A DNA stretch of 44,957 nt from Bacillota bacterium (GTDB taxonomy: Bacteria > Bacillota > Clostridia > Peptostreptococcales > Anaerovoracaceae): the NCBI GenBank assembly GCA_041798185.1, contig JBHCAF010000111.1:1-44957 (forward strand). Reading direction: 5' to 3'. The notes beneath the pieces were generated by a model. That model worked only from the letters and a program-made list of their open reading frames with translations, was not told where the DNA came from and ran no database searches. The position numbers were made by a program, and so were the translations under genes. How positions within the stretch are numbered: position 1 is the stretch's first letter; the number at the start of each line of letters is the position of its first letter. Shown here piece after piece: positions 17,934 through 25,475 of this stretch.

Positions 17934-19399
17934 CAGATCTGTATGGATTTCAGGAAAAATTGTTTGCGCTTCAGCACGCCGCCGAGTTGCTTTTTTATGA
18001 CGGAGTAACGGTCGCGCCTAAGGAAAGCTCTGAAAACAGGGCCAGGACTCTTGGCATAATCAGCGAGGAGATATACAAGCTGAAAACGAGCCCCGAGGCT
18101 CTTGCGATGCTTGAGGCGGCCAAGCCCGAAAACAAGGAAGAGGAAAGGATGATAGAGCTTCTTCTGAAGGACTACCGCAATATGCAAAAGCTTCCAATGG
18201 AAGAGTATATAGCGTATCAGAGACTGCTTGTAAAGGCCGACGATGTATGGCGCAGGGCAAAGGACGCTTCGGATTTCAAGCTCTTTGAGCCCGTCCTCAA
18301 GGAAATATTCGATACGCATATAAGATTCGCGGCTTATATAAACCCCGAAAAGGATGTTTATGACTACTGGCTCAACGAATATGAAGACGGGCTCGACATG
18401 AGTATATGCGACGAGTTCTTCGAAAAGCTCAAGGCGGAGATAGTTCCTCTCATAAAGCTGACCCGTGAAAGACCGGCGCCCGGAGCCGATTGCCTTAAGG
18501 GAGATTTCCCGGAATCCGGCCAGCGGGAGCTTGCGCTCTGGCTGATGGAGCTCATAGGTCTTGATATGGGTCATGTAGGTCTCGGAACCACCGAGCACCC
18601 GTTTACGACCAGTCTCGGCTCACATCTTGACGAGAGGATCACAACGCATTATTACAGGGATAATTTCAGCTACAGCATGTTCTCGGTCATACACGAGGGC
18701 GGCCACGCGCTTTATGATACCAACTGCAAGGACGAATATGCCTTTACGGTGCTCGATCAGGGTGTTTCTATGGGCATACACGAGTCACAGAGCAGGTTTT
18801 ATGAGAATATTTTAGGCAGAAGCCTTGAGTTTACCAAATATTATTACGGTAAACTTATTGAAATATTTCCGCAGCTCTCAAAATATAGCGCTGAAGAGCT
18901 TTGGAGAGCCGTGAACCGCGTTGAGCCGAGCCTGATAAGGACCGAGGCCGACGAGGTCACATATTCGCTTCATGTTATGATACGCTACGAGATTGAGCGT
19001 GCGGTGCTGCACGGCGAGCTTGCGGTTGGCGATATCCCTCAAAAATGGAACGAGCTTTATAAGGAATATCTCGGAATAGATGTTCCCGACGATAAGAACG
19101 GCTGCCTGCAGGACAGCCACTGGAGCGGCGGCAACATAGGATATTTCCCGAGCTACGCTCTCGGCTCGGCCTACGGAGCGCAGTTCCTGGCCAGGATGAA
19201 GGAGAGCGTAGCTGTTGAAAAGGCGCTGTCGGACGGAGATTTCGCGCCCATAAACGCGTGGAACAGAGAGCATATATGGCAGCACGGACATCTCTACAAG
19301 CCGGGCGAGCTTCTCGAAAGAGTGCTCGGGGCTAAATTCGATCCGAGCTATTACATAAACTATCTTAAGGAAAAGTGCAGGGCGGTCTACGGGTTCTGA
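17930..19399 (+). CDS. Carboxypeptidase Taq-type (M32) metallopeptidase
   Basis: 'HPFT', HExxH 'HEGGHALYD', 'GIHESQSRFYEN', 'IRTEADEVTYSLH', 'DSHWSGG..GYFPSYALG'. ATGA overlap with ynbB. Confidence 0.9.
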   Translation: MTDLYGFQEKLFALQHAAELLFYDGVTVAPKESSENRARTLGIISEEIYKLKTSPEALAMLEAAKPENKEEERMIELLLKDYRNMQKLPMEEYIAYQRLLVKADDVWRRAKDASDFKLFEPVLKEIFDTHIRFAAYINPEKDVYDYWLNEYEDGLDMSICDEFFEKLKAEIVPLIKLTRERPAPGADCLKGDFPESGQRELALWLMELIGLDMGHVGLGTTEHPFTTSLGSHLDERITTHYYRDNFSYSMFSVIHEGGHALYDTNCKDEYAFTVLDQGVSMGIHESQSRFYENILGRSLEFTKYYYGKLIEIFPQLSKYSAEELWRAVNRVEPSLIRTEADEVTYSLHVMIRYEIERAVLHGELAVGDIPQKWNELYKEYLGIDVPDDKNGCLQDSHWSGGNIGYFPSYALGSAYGAQFLARMKESVAVEKALSDGDFAPINAWNREHIWQHGHLYKPGELLERVLGAKFDPSYYINYLKEKCRAVYGF

Positions 19400-19450
19400 T
19401 CCGAAGGCAGCTCCGGGCCGGAGCCTTGAAAAGCTTGTATTTCATAAAAA

Positions 19451-19480
19451 AGCAGCAGAGCTGTCCTCTGCTGCTTTTTT
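19451..19480 (+). terminator. Rho-independent terminator ending the miaA...M32 operon
   Basis: AGCAGCAGAG-ctgtc-CTCTGCTGCT followed by TTTTT. Confidence 0.9.
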
Positions 19481-19512
19481 AATGATTAAAAGATTACGGA
19501 AATATTACAAAT

Positions 19513-19583
19513 AAACAAATGTTCTCAAATCCTTTGACATAAAACATTTGTTCTGATACTATATGGACAAAGAACATTTGTTC
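19513..19583 (+). promoter_or_regulatory. SOS-type promoter: TTGACA-17-TACTAT with three LexA (GAAC-N4-GTTC type) boxes
   Basis: Box 1 AAACAAATGTTC at 19513-19524. -35 TTGACA at 19534-19539. Box 2 AAACATTTGTTC at 19542-19553, inside the spacer. -10 TACTAT at 19557-19562. Box 3 GAACATTTGTTC at 19572-19583 (perfect). Box centres are 29 and 30 bp apart. Confidence 0.75.
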
Positions 19584-19638
19584 AAGGCGCGAAAGAAGAA
19601 AAATATATCGGGAAAATGTGCCGGGAGGATCTACCGCC

Positions 19639-19944
19639 GTGAAGAGAAAAAAATACAGAATAAAAAATAAATTCAGATTCATAAGCTCTCTTACATTATG
19701 TATGCTTATGCTTGCGTTTTCCGGCAACGCTTTTCTGGGCACGGATTCCGCGGCCGGAAGAGACGCGCAGCGCTACATCAGCATTCTGGTCGAGGAGGGC
19801 GATACTCTTTGGGGGATCGCGAAGAGCTATGGAAAAAATGTTGACTGCCGCAGACTTATATATGAAATAGAAAAGTTGAACGGGGTAAGCGCCGAGACCC
19901 TCAGAGCCGGTCAGTACATAACTATTCCTTTCGATGTGCTCTGA
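19639..19944 (+). CDS. YneA-like SOS cell-division inhibitor candidate (N-terminal TM + LysM)
   Basis: Basic N-terminus, TM 'ISSLTLCMLMLAFSGNAFLG', LysM 'YISILVEEGDTLWGIAKSY...LIYEIEKLNGVSAETLRAGQYITIP'. GTG 19639 sits 9 nt after GGGAGGA; the ORF track start at 19618 is the alternative. Preceded by LexA boxes. Confidence 0.7.
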   Translation: MKRKKYRIKNKFRFISSLTLCMLMLAFSGNAFLGTDSAAGRDAQRYISILVEEGDTLWGIAKSYGKNVDCRRLIYEIEKLNGVSAETLRAGQYITIPFDVL

Positions 19945-19949
19945 AATTA

Positions 19950-19993
19950 TGTTATAATGTGACATTAGCTTGATAAAGAGGTAATGTCACATG
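19950..19993 (+). promoter_or_regulatory. Extended -10 (TGTTATAAT) overlapping a perfect 11-bp inverted repeat that spans the arginase SD and start codon
   Basis: TGnTATAAT at 19950-19958. ATGTGACATTA at 19957-19967 pairs with TAATGTCACAT at 19982-19992. The 14-nt loop holds AAAGAGG and the right arm holds the ATG at 19991. Confidence 0.5.
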
Positions 19994-20881
19994 ATATACA
20001 AATCAATAGATATAATAGGCATACAGATGGATCTCGGCGCTGTTCGCAAGGGCGTGGATATGGGACCTTCCGCGATACGGCACTCGGGTCTCTTGGATAA
20101 GATCAGAGATCTCGGCTATGAGCTTTGCGACAGGGGAGATATAGTCCCCGCCGTTGCCCGCGAGGAGGGCGATCCGAAGCTGCGCTACGCCAGAGAAATA
20201 AACGACGCCAACGACCGCCTGTTTTGCATGGTCGATCACAGTCACAAGCAGGGAAACTTTCCGATAATATTAGGAGGCGATCACTGCATAGCCGCCGGTT
20301 CCATATCCGCGGGGCTTGAAAACTGCGGCCCCATAGGCGTCATATGGGTCGACGCGCACGGGGATTTCAACGACGAGAATATAAGTCCGTCAGGCAATAT
20401 GCACGGCATGCCTCTCTCCGCGCTGTGCGGCTTCGGGCCCGACTGCATGGTAGAGTTCAGCAGCAAGCGGATCGATCCCAAGAATGCGGTTATCGTAGGA
20501 GCGCGCGATCTTGACCCTGAAGAAAAAATAAAGCTTAAAAAGGCCGGCGTTACGGTTTTTTCGATTTCCGATGTCCATACTCTTGGAATGGCGGAGACCA
20601 TGAATCAGGCTGTAAGAATAGCGGGCGACGGAACGATCGGAATACATCTCAGCTTTGATATGGACGCCATAGATCCTTCAGAGGCTCCCGGAGTCGGCAC
20701 TCCGGTACATAACGGTCTGACTCAGAGAGAGGCTTTCATCGCCTGCGAAATACTCGCAAAATCGGAAAAGCTCGTATCAATGGACTTCGTCGAGACAAAT
20801 CCTCTGCTCGATGAAAAAAATAAAACGGGCATACTTGCCGGAGAGCTTATAATGACCTGCTTGGGGAGTGCTAATTATTGA
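19991..20881 (+). CDS. rocF: Arginase
   Basis: 'IGIQMDLGAVRKGVDMGPSAIR', 'LGGDHCIA', 'WVDAHGDFN', 'SPSGNMHGMPL', 'HLSFDMDAIDP..APGVGTP'. Close to B. subtilis RocF throughout. Confidence 0.9.
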   Translation: MIYKSIDIIGIQMDLGAVRKGVDMGPSAIRHSGLLDKIRDLGYELCDRGDIVPAVAREEGDPKLRYAREINDANDRLFCMVDHSHKQGNFPIILGGDHCIAAGSISAGLENCGPIGVIWVDAHGDFNDENISPSGNMHGMPLSALCGFGPDCMVEFSSKRIDPKNAVIVGARDLDPEEKIKLKKAGVTVFSISDVHTLGMAETMNQAVRIAGDGTIGIHLSFDMDAIDPSEAPGVGTPVHNGLTQREAFIACEILAKSEKLVSMDFVETNPLLDEKNKTGILAGELIMTCLGSANY

Positions 20882-23046
20882 TGGATAATATTATTCAGCT
20901 CATATCAAAGGAGCTCGGCTTAAAGGCTGTATATGTTGAAAATGTAGTAAAGCTGCTTGATGAAGGGAATACGATTCCCTTCATTGCTCGTTATAGGAAA
21001 GAAATGCACGGAGCTATGGACGATTCCGCGCTTCGCACGCTTTTTGACAGACTTTCATACCTTCGCAATCTAAATGAAAGGCGTGAGGCTGTAAAGGCTT
21101 CGATAAATGAACAGGGCAAGCTCACAAAAGAGCTTGAGCTTGCCCTGAATAATGCGGAAAGCCTCGCGAGGCTTGAGGATCTTTACCGCCCGTATAAGCA
21201 AAAGCGAAGAACAAGAGCGACCGTCGCCAAGGAAAAAGGACTGGAGCCTTTAGCGGCGGCTCTCATGCTTCAGACAGGCGATAGCCCCGAGGCTCTCGCG
21301 GAGAAGTATATAGATCAGGGAAAAGGCATAGCGTCAGCGGAAGAAGCTCTTGCCGGCGCCTCTGATATAATAGCTGAAATGCTTTCGGACGACGCCGAGG
21401 CGAGAGATGAGCTCAGAATATATCTTAAGGAGCACGCTCTGATAGAATCCATTAGGGCGGGCGAAGAGGATTCGGTTTACAGCCTTTACTATGATTTCAG
21501 CAGGGCTTATTCAAAAATGCAGCCGCACCAAACCCTTGCTGTCAACAGGGGCGAGAAGGACGGCTTTCTCAAAGTGAGCCTTGCCTGCGACGATGAAAAG
21601 TTAAAGAGAAAATTAAGCGACAGAATAGTGACAAAAAAATCACCGTCCTCGCAGATCCTTGAAAATGCGGCGTTTGACGCGTATTCAAGATTGATATTTC
21701 CCTCGCTTGAGCGTGAGCTCAGAAACGAGCTCAGCGAAAGCGCGAACGAGGCGGCCATACATAATTTTGCCCTAAATCTTAAACCTCTGCTCATGCAGCC
21801 TCCTGTAAAGGGCATAGTGATGGGCCTTGATCCGGGCTATAAAAACGGCTGCAAGGTGGCCGTGGTAGACAGAACGGGGAAGCTGCTCGACACAGCCGTG
21901 GTCTACCCGACCTTCGGCGACAGAAAACGCGAGGAGGCTATAGCTCTTCTTTCGGAGCTTATAACAAAGCATAAGGTCGAGCATATAGCTATCGGAAACG
22001 GCACGGCCTCGAGAGAGACCGAGAGCATGGCTTCGGATATGATAAAAAGACTCGGCTCAAAGCAGTCCTATGCGATAGTCAATGAAGCAGGGGCTTCGGT
22101 TTACTCCGCAAGCGAGCTCGCCGCGGAAGAATTCCCCGATCACGATGTCAATCTCAGATCGGCGGTATCTATCGCGAGAAGATTGCAGGACCCTCTCGCC
22201 GAGCTTGTCAAAATAGAGCCAATGGCCATAGGCGTAGGGCAGTACCAGCACGATATGCCCAAAGCAAGGCTTGCGGAAAGCCTAAACGGCGTGGTCGAGG
22301 ACTGCGTGAACGCGGTAGGGGTAAATATCAACACCGCTTCGCCGAGCCTTCTTGAAAGAGTCGCGGGGCTCAGCAGGACTACGGCAAAGAATATAGTTAT
22401 TTACAGAGAAAAGAACGGAGCCTTCAAGAGCAGGGCGGAAATAAAAAAGGTCCCGAAGCTCGGCCCTAAGGCCTTTGAGCAATGCGCCGGCTTTTTAAGA
22501 GTGCCCGAAAGCGATGATCTGCTTGATAACACCGCAGTTCATCCGGAGAGCTATGCCGCAGCCGAGACGCTGCTCAGGCTCTGCTACGATGAGGCTGCCA
22601 TAAAATGCGGAGAATTCGGATCGATAAAAGAGCGCATGGCAAAGCTCGGTAAAGAAAAGCTTGCCGAAAAATGCGGAGCCGGCATACCCACTCTTATGGA
22701 TATCGCAGGCGAGCTCGCGAAGCCAGGCCGCGATATCAGAGAAGATCTGCCGCCCGTCGTTTTAAGACAGGATGTGCTTGAGCTTAAGGATCTTAAGGAG
22801 GGCATGAGGCTCAAGGGCACCGTAAGAAATGTCATAGATTTCGGAGTGTTTGTCGATATAGGTGTTCATCAGGACGGACTTGTTCATATAAGCCAGATAA
22901 GCGATAAATATATAAAGCATCCGTCGGAGCTGCTTAAGGTCGGGGACATAGTCGATGTGGCGGTGCTTGCCGTAGATGAAAAAAAAGGCAGGATATCGCT
23001 TTCCATAAAGCAGGCGCAGGGGCCTGCCGGTAAAGTCAAGGCATGA
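20881..23046 (+). CDS. tex: Tex-like transcription accessory protein (YqgF, HhH and S1 domains)
   Basis: 'TIPFIARYRKE', 'LEDLYRPYK.KRRTRA', YqgF-like 'GLDPGYKNGCKVAVVD', HhH region, C-terminal S1 'GTVRNVIDFGVFVDIGVHQDGLVHISQ'. Confidence 0.93.
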   Translation: MDNIIQLISKELGLKAVYVENVVKLLDEGNTIPFIARYRKEMHGAMDDSALRTLFDRLSYLRNLNERREAVKASINEQGKLTKELELALNNAESLARLEDLYRPYKQKRRTRATVAKEKGLEPLAAALMLQTGDSPEALAEKYIDQGKGIASAEEALAGASDIIAEMLSDDAEARDELRIYLKEHALIESIRAGEEDSVYSLYYDFSRAYSKMQPHQTLAVNRGEKDGFLKVSLACDDEKLKRKLSDRIVTKKSPSSQILENAAFDAYSRLIFPSLERELRNELSESANEAAIHNFALNLKPLLMQPPVKGIVMGLDPGYKNGCKVAVVDRTGKLLDTAVVYPTFGDRKREEAIALLSELITKHKVEHIAIGNGTASRETESMASDMIKRLGSKQSYAIVNEAGASVYSASELAAEEFPDHDVNLRSAVSIARRLQDPLAELVKIEPMAIGVGQYQHDMPKARLAESLNGVVEDCVNAVGVNINTASPSLLERVAGLSRTTAKNIVIYREKNGAFKSRAEIKKVPKLGPKAFEQCAGFLRVPESDDLLDNTAVHPESYAAAETLLRLCYDEAAIKCGEFGSIKERMAKLGKEKLAEKCGAGIPTLMDIAGELAKPGRDIREDLPPVVLRQDVLELKDLKEGMRLKGTVRNVIDFGVFVDIGVHQDGLVHISQISDKYIKHPSELLKVGDIVDVAVLAVDEKKGRISLSIKQAQGPAGKVKA

Positions 23047-24065
23047 AAAAGCACGCGATAATACCTATTTTCATATCGCACAGAGGCTGCCCTCATCAAT
23101 GTGTTTTCTGCAATCAGAAAGCCATTACCGCGCGAAGCGGCAATGTGAGTCCTGATGAAGCGAGGAAAACGATAGAAGAATGGCTGAGCAGCCTTGAAAA
23201 AAGAGAGCTTGAAAAAGAACTCTCTTTTTTCGGCGGAAGCTTTACGGCTATACCGCTCGACGAGCAGCGCGCGTTTTTAAGGCTTGCAAAAGAATACAAG
23301 GACTCCGGCAGGATAGATAAAATACGCTGCTCGACCCGTCCCGACTGTATAAACGAAGAGATACTCGACAATCTGAAGTCCTTCGGCATGGATGTGATAG
23401 AGCTCGGAGCACAGTCCTTCGATCCGGCGGTGCTTGAGGCAAGTCAAAGAGGACATTCGGCAGAGGATATATATGCGGCCTGCCGGCTCATAAAATCTTA
23501 CGGCTTCAGTCTCGGCATACAGCTCATGATAGGGCTTCCCCGGGACAGCTACGAGCTTTCTGTAAGCTCGGCTGAAAAAGCCGCCGCGCTTGCTCCCGAT
23601 GTGGCAAGACTGTATCCTACCGTGGTCATACGAGATACGCCTCTTTATGAGATGATGAAAAAAGGGGAGTATCGGGGCTTCGGAGAAGAGCTTATGCTCA
23701 AGACCGTTAAGGAAATGTATTCCATACTGACGAAAAACGGAGTAAAGGTCATCAGGATAGGGCTTAAAAGCAATGAACTCATAAAGGGCGAAGACTATCA
23801 TCCGGCCTTCGGACAGCTTGTAAAATCGTCGCTTGCTCTTGACGACATTTTAGCGAAGCTCGCGGATAAACAGCTTTTGCTGAAAGAACGCGGATCCGAA
23901 CGGGAAGCGAAAAGAGTAATCATTTCCGCGCCTCCTGAGCTTATAAATTTCGCGGTCGGGCACAAGGCTTATAACAAAGCCTTTATAGAATCTGAATATC
24001 CGTGGCTGAAGCTCGGCTTTAAGAGCGACTCCGCTTCGGACGGCATTAAAATCAGCGTTTTATGA
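23043..24065 (+). CDS. ELP3-like radical SAM protein lacking an acetyltransferase domain
   Basis: 'IPIFISHRGCPHQCVFCNQ' (CxxxCxxC). TIM-barrel-type radical SAM body 'FFGGSFT', 'IRCSTRPD', 'ELGAQSF'. ATGA overlap with tex. Confidence 0.7.
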   Translation: MKKHAIIPIFISHRGCPHQCVFCNQKAITARSGNVSPDEARKTIEEWLSSLEKRELEKELSFFGGSFTAIPLDEQRAFLRLAKEYKDSGRIDKIRCSTRPDCINEEILDNLKSFGMDVIELGAQSFDPAVLEASQRGHSAEDIYAACRLIKSYGFSLGIQLMIGLPRDSYELSVSSAEKAAALAPDVARLYPTVVIRDTPLYEMMKKGEYRGFGEELMLKTVKEMYSILTKNGVKVIRIGLKSNELIKGEDYHPAFGQLVKSSLALDDILAKLADKQLLLKERGSEREAKRVIISAPPELINFAVGHKAYNKAFIESEYPWLKLGFKSDSASDGIKISVL

Positions 24066-24212
24066 GCCTGCGCCGACATAAGCTGCGACAGACAAGCTTT
24101 TAATGATAAGAGCGCTGCGGTATAAGCCTGCATTTAATGAAACGGAAAACGCAATAAACTTATATTCCAATACAAAAGCAGCAAACTTGATTTCCGAAAG
24201 GGGGCAGGATAA

Positions 24213-24728
24213 ATGTTATATCTCAGAAAAACGAGGATCGATGAGCTTGAGCTCGTGCTTGATATATTCAAAGCCGCGCGGGACTATATGATAGCCTGCG
24301 GAAATCCCGATCAATGGGGAAACTCTTACCCGACAGAGGAGATCATCAGAGGCGATATAGAAAGCAATATATGCTATATGATATGCGACAGCAGCGATGA
24401 CGAGGGTCACGGCGTATTTACGCTTTGCGAGGGAGCCGATCCCAGCTATGAGCATATAGAAGACGGCGAATGGCTCAATGACAGTGAATATATAACTGTT
24501 CACAGGCTTGCCGGAGACGGAAAGCTCCGCGGGCTTTTCAAATTTGTTATCGACTATTGCAAGGGCGTATCCGGCAATATAAGACTGGATACTCACGAGA
24601 AGAACAGCGTTATGCTTAAGCTGATAGCAGAGCAGGGATTCAAGCGCTGCGGAACGATATTTGTCGGCGACGGCACTCCGCGCACAGCTTATCAGTGGAC
24701 AGCTTCCGAGCCTGAAAAAATATCTTAA
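24213..24728 (+). CDS. GNAT-family N-acetyltransferase
   Basis: 171 aa. 'DQWGNSYP.EEII..DI' N-terminal signature of a common Firmicute GNAT subfamily. 'HRLA....RG', 'LDTHEKNSVMLKLIAEQGFKRCG'. AGGGGG SD. Confidence 0.65.
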   Translation: MLYLRKTRIDELELVLDIFKAARDYMIACGNPDQWGNSYPTEEIIRGDIESNICYMICDSSDDEGHGVFTLCEGADPSYEHIEDGEWLNDSEYITVHRLAGDGKLRGLFKFVIDYCKGVSGNIRLDTHEKNSVMLKLIAEQGFKRCGTIFVGDGTPRTAYQWTASEPEKIS

Positions 24729-24764
24729 AGTATCTTTCTTAAAGCATCTTATTAAAAATATCTT

Positions 24765-25475
24765 ATGAGAAAAGCCTATGTTTCAGCGCTTGCCGCCGAA
24801 GAGCTTCTTGAATATCTGCGGGACGAAGGCTGTGAGATCGTTCTTGTGAGCGGTTCGGTCAGCCTTGATTCGCCTGTTAAAACTCATCCCGACATATATA
24901 TGTGCAGTCTTCCGGACGCCTTGTATTTCGGGGACAGCGCGCTTTTGGGAAATTCTTATCCGCGTGATGTTTTATATAATGCCGCAGCGGTGGGGCGCTA
25001 TCTGATATGCAGCAGATATACAAGTCCGGAGCTTATAAAAGAAGCCTCCGCTCTTGAAGCTGTAACGGTGCCGCAGGGCTATGTGAAATGCAATCTCACC
25101 GTACTGGATGATCATCATGTTATAAGCGAGGACAGGGGGATAGCAAGAGTCTTAAAGGAGCGTACGGATATAAAATGTCTGCTCGCAGAGCCCGGTCAGG
25201 TAAGCCTTCCGGGCTATAAATACGGCTTTATAGGCGGAGCCTCGGGAAGACTGGACGACACGATCATTTTTAACGGTGATCTGTCAGCTCACAGCAATTT
25301 CGAAGATATCAAGGCCTTTGCGGCCGAATGCGGGCTCGGTATAAAGTATTTTGAAAGCTACGCGCTTACAGATATAGGAAGCATAATCATTCAGGAAGAT
25401 AACAGTTCCGGGAAAATAATAGCCGAAAATATAATAAAATCTGATGTTTCAGCGCTTGCCGCCGAGCGAAAATAA
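24765..25475 (+). CDS. Uncharacterised protein (236 aa), function unknown
   Basis: Coding-like composition. Conserved-looking 'KTHPDIYMC', 'YPRDVLYNAA', 'QGYVKCN', 'GFIGGASG'. No motif I can assign. Its stop directly abuts the next gene. Confidence 0.55.
   Translation: MRKAYVSALAAEELLEYLRDEGCEIVLVSGSVSLDSPVKTHPDIYMCSLPDALYFGDSALLGNSYPRDVLYNAAAVGRYLICSRYTSPELIKEASALEAVTVPQGYVKCNLTVLDDHHVISEDRGIARVLKERTDIKCLLAEPGQVSLPGYKYGFIGGASGRLDDTIIFNGDLSAHSNFEDIKAFAAECGLGIKYFESYALTDIGSIIIQEDNSSGKIIAENIIKSDVSALAAERK
24778..24799 (+). repeat. Left copy of a perfect 22-bp direct repeat ATGTTTCAGCGCTTGCCGCCGA
   Basis: Identical 22-mer at 25444-25465, 666 bp away and in the same codon phase. Both copies encode VSALAAE. 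Confidence 0.95.
25444..25465 (+). repeat. Right copy of a perfect 22-bp direct repeat ATGTTTCAGCGCTTGCCGCCGA
   Basis: Identical to 24778-24799. Lies 8 nt before the stop of ORF 24765-25475. Confidence 0.95.

Noticed and set aside
24077-24131. Three degenerate ATAAGC..TGC(G) direct repeats in the radical-SAM/GNAT spacer
   Set aside because: The core matches only 6-9 bp, with indels between copies and irregular spacing. This is within what chance allows in a 147-bp spacer.
24716-24765. 12-bp direct repeat AAAAATATCTTA (24716-24727 and 24754-24765), plus TCTTAAAG repeats around the GNAT stop and next-gene start
   Set aside because: It is short, very AT-rich and low in complexity, so it is plausible by chance in an AT-rich spacer. 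No associated inverted symmetry or promoter geometry is visible. Noted only in case it recurs elsewhere in the genome.
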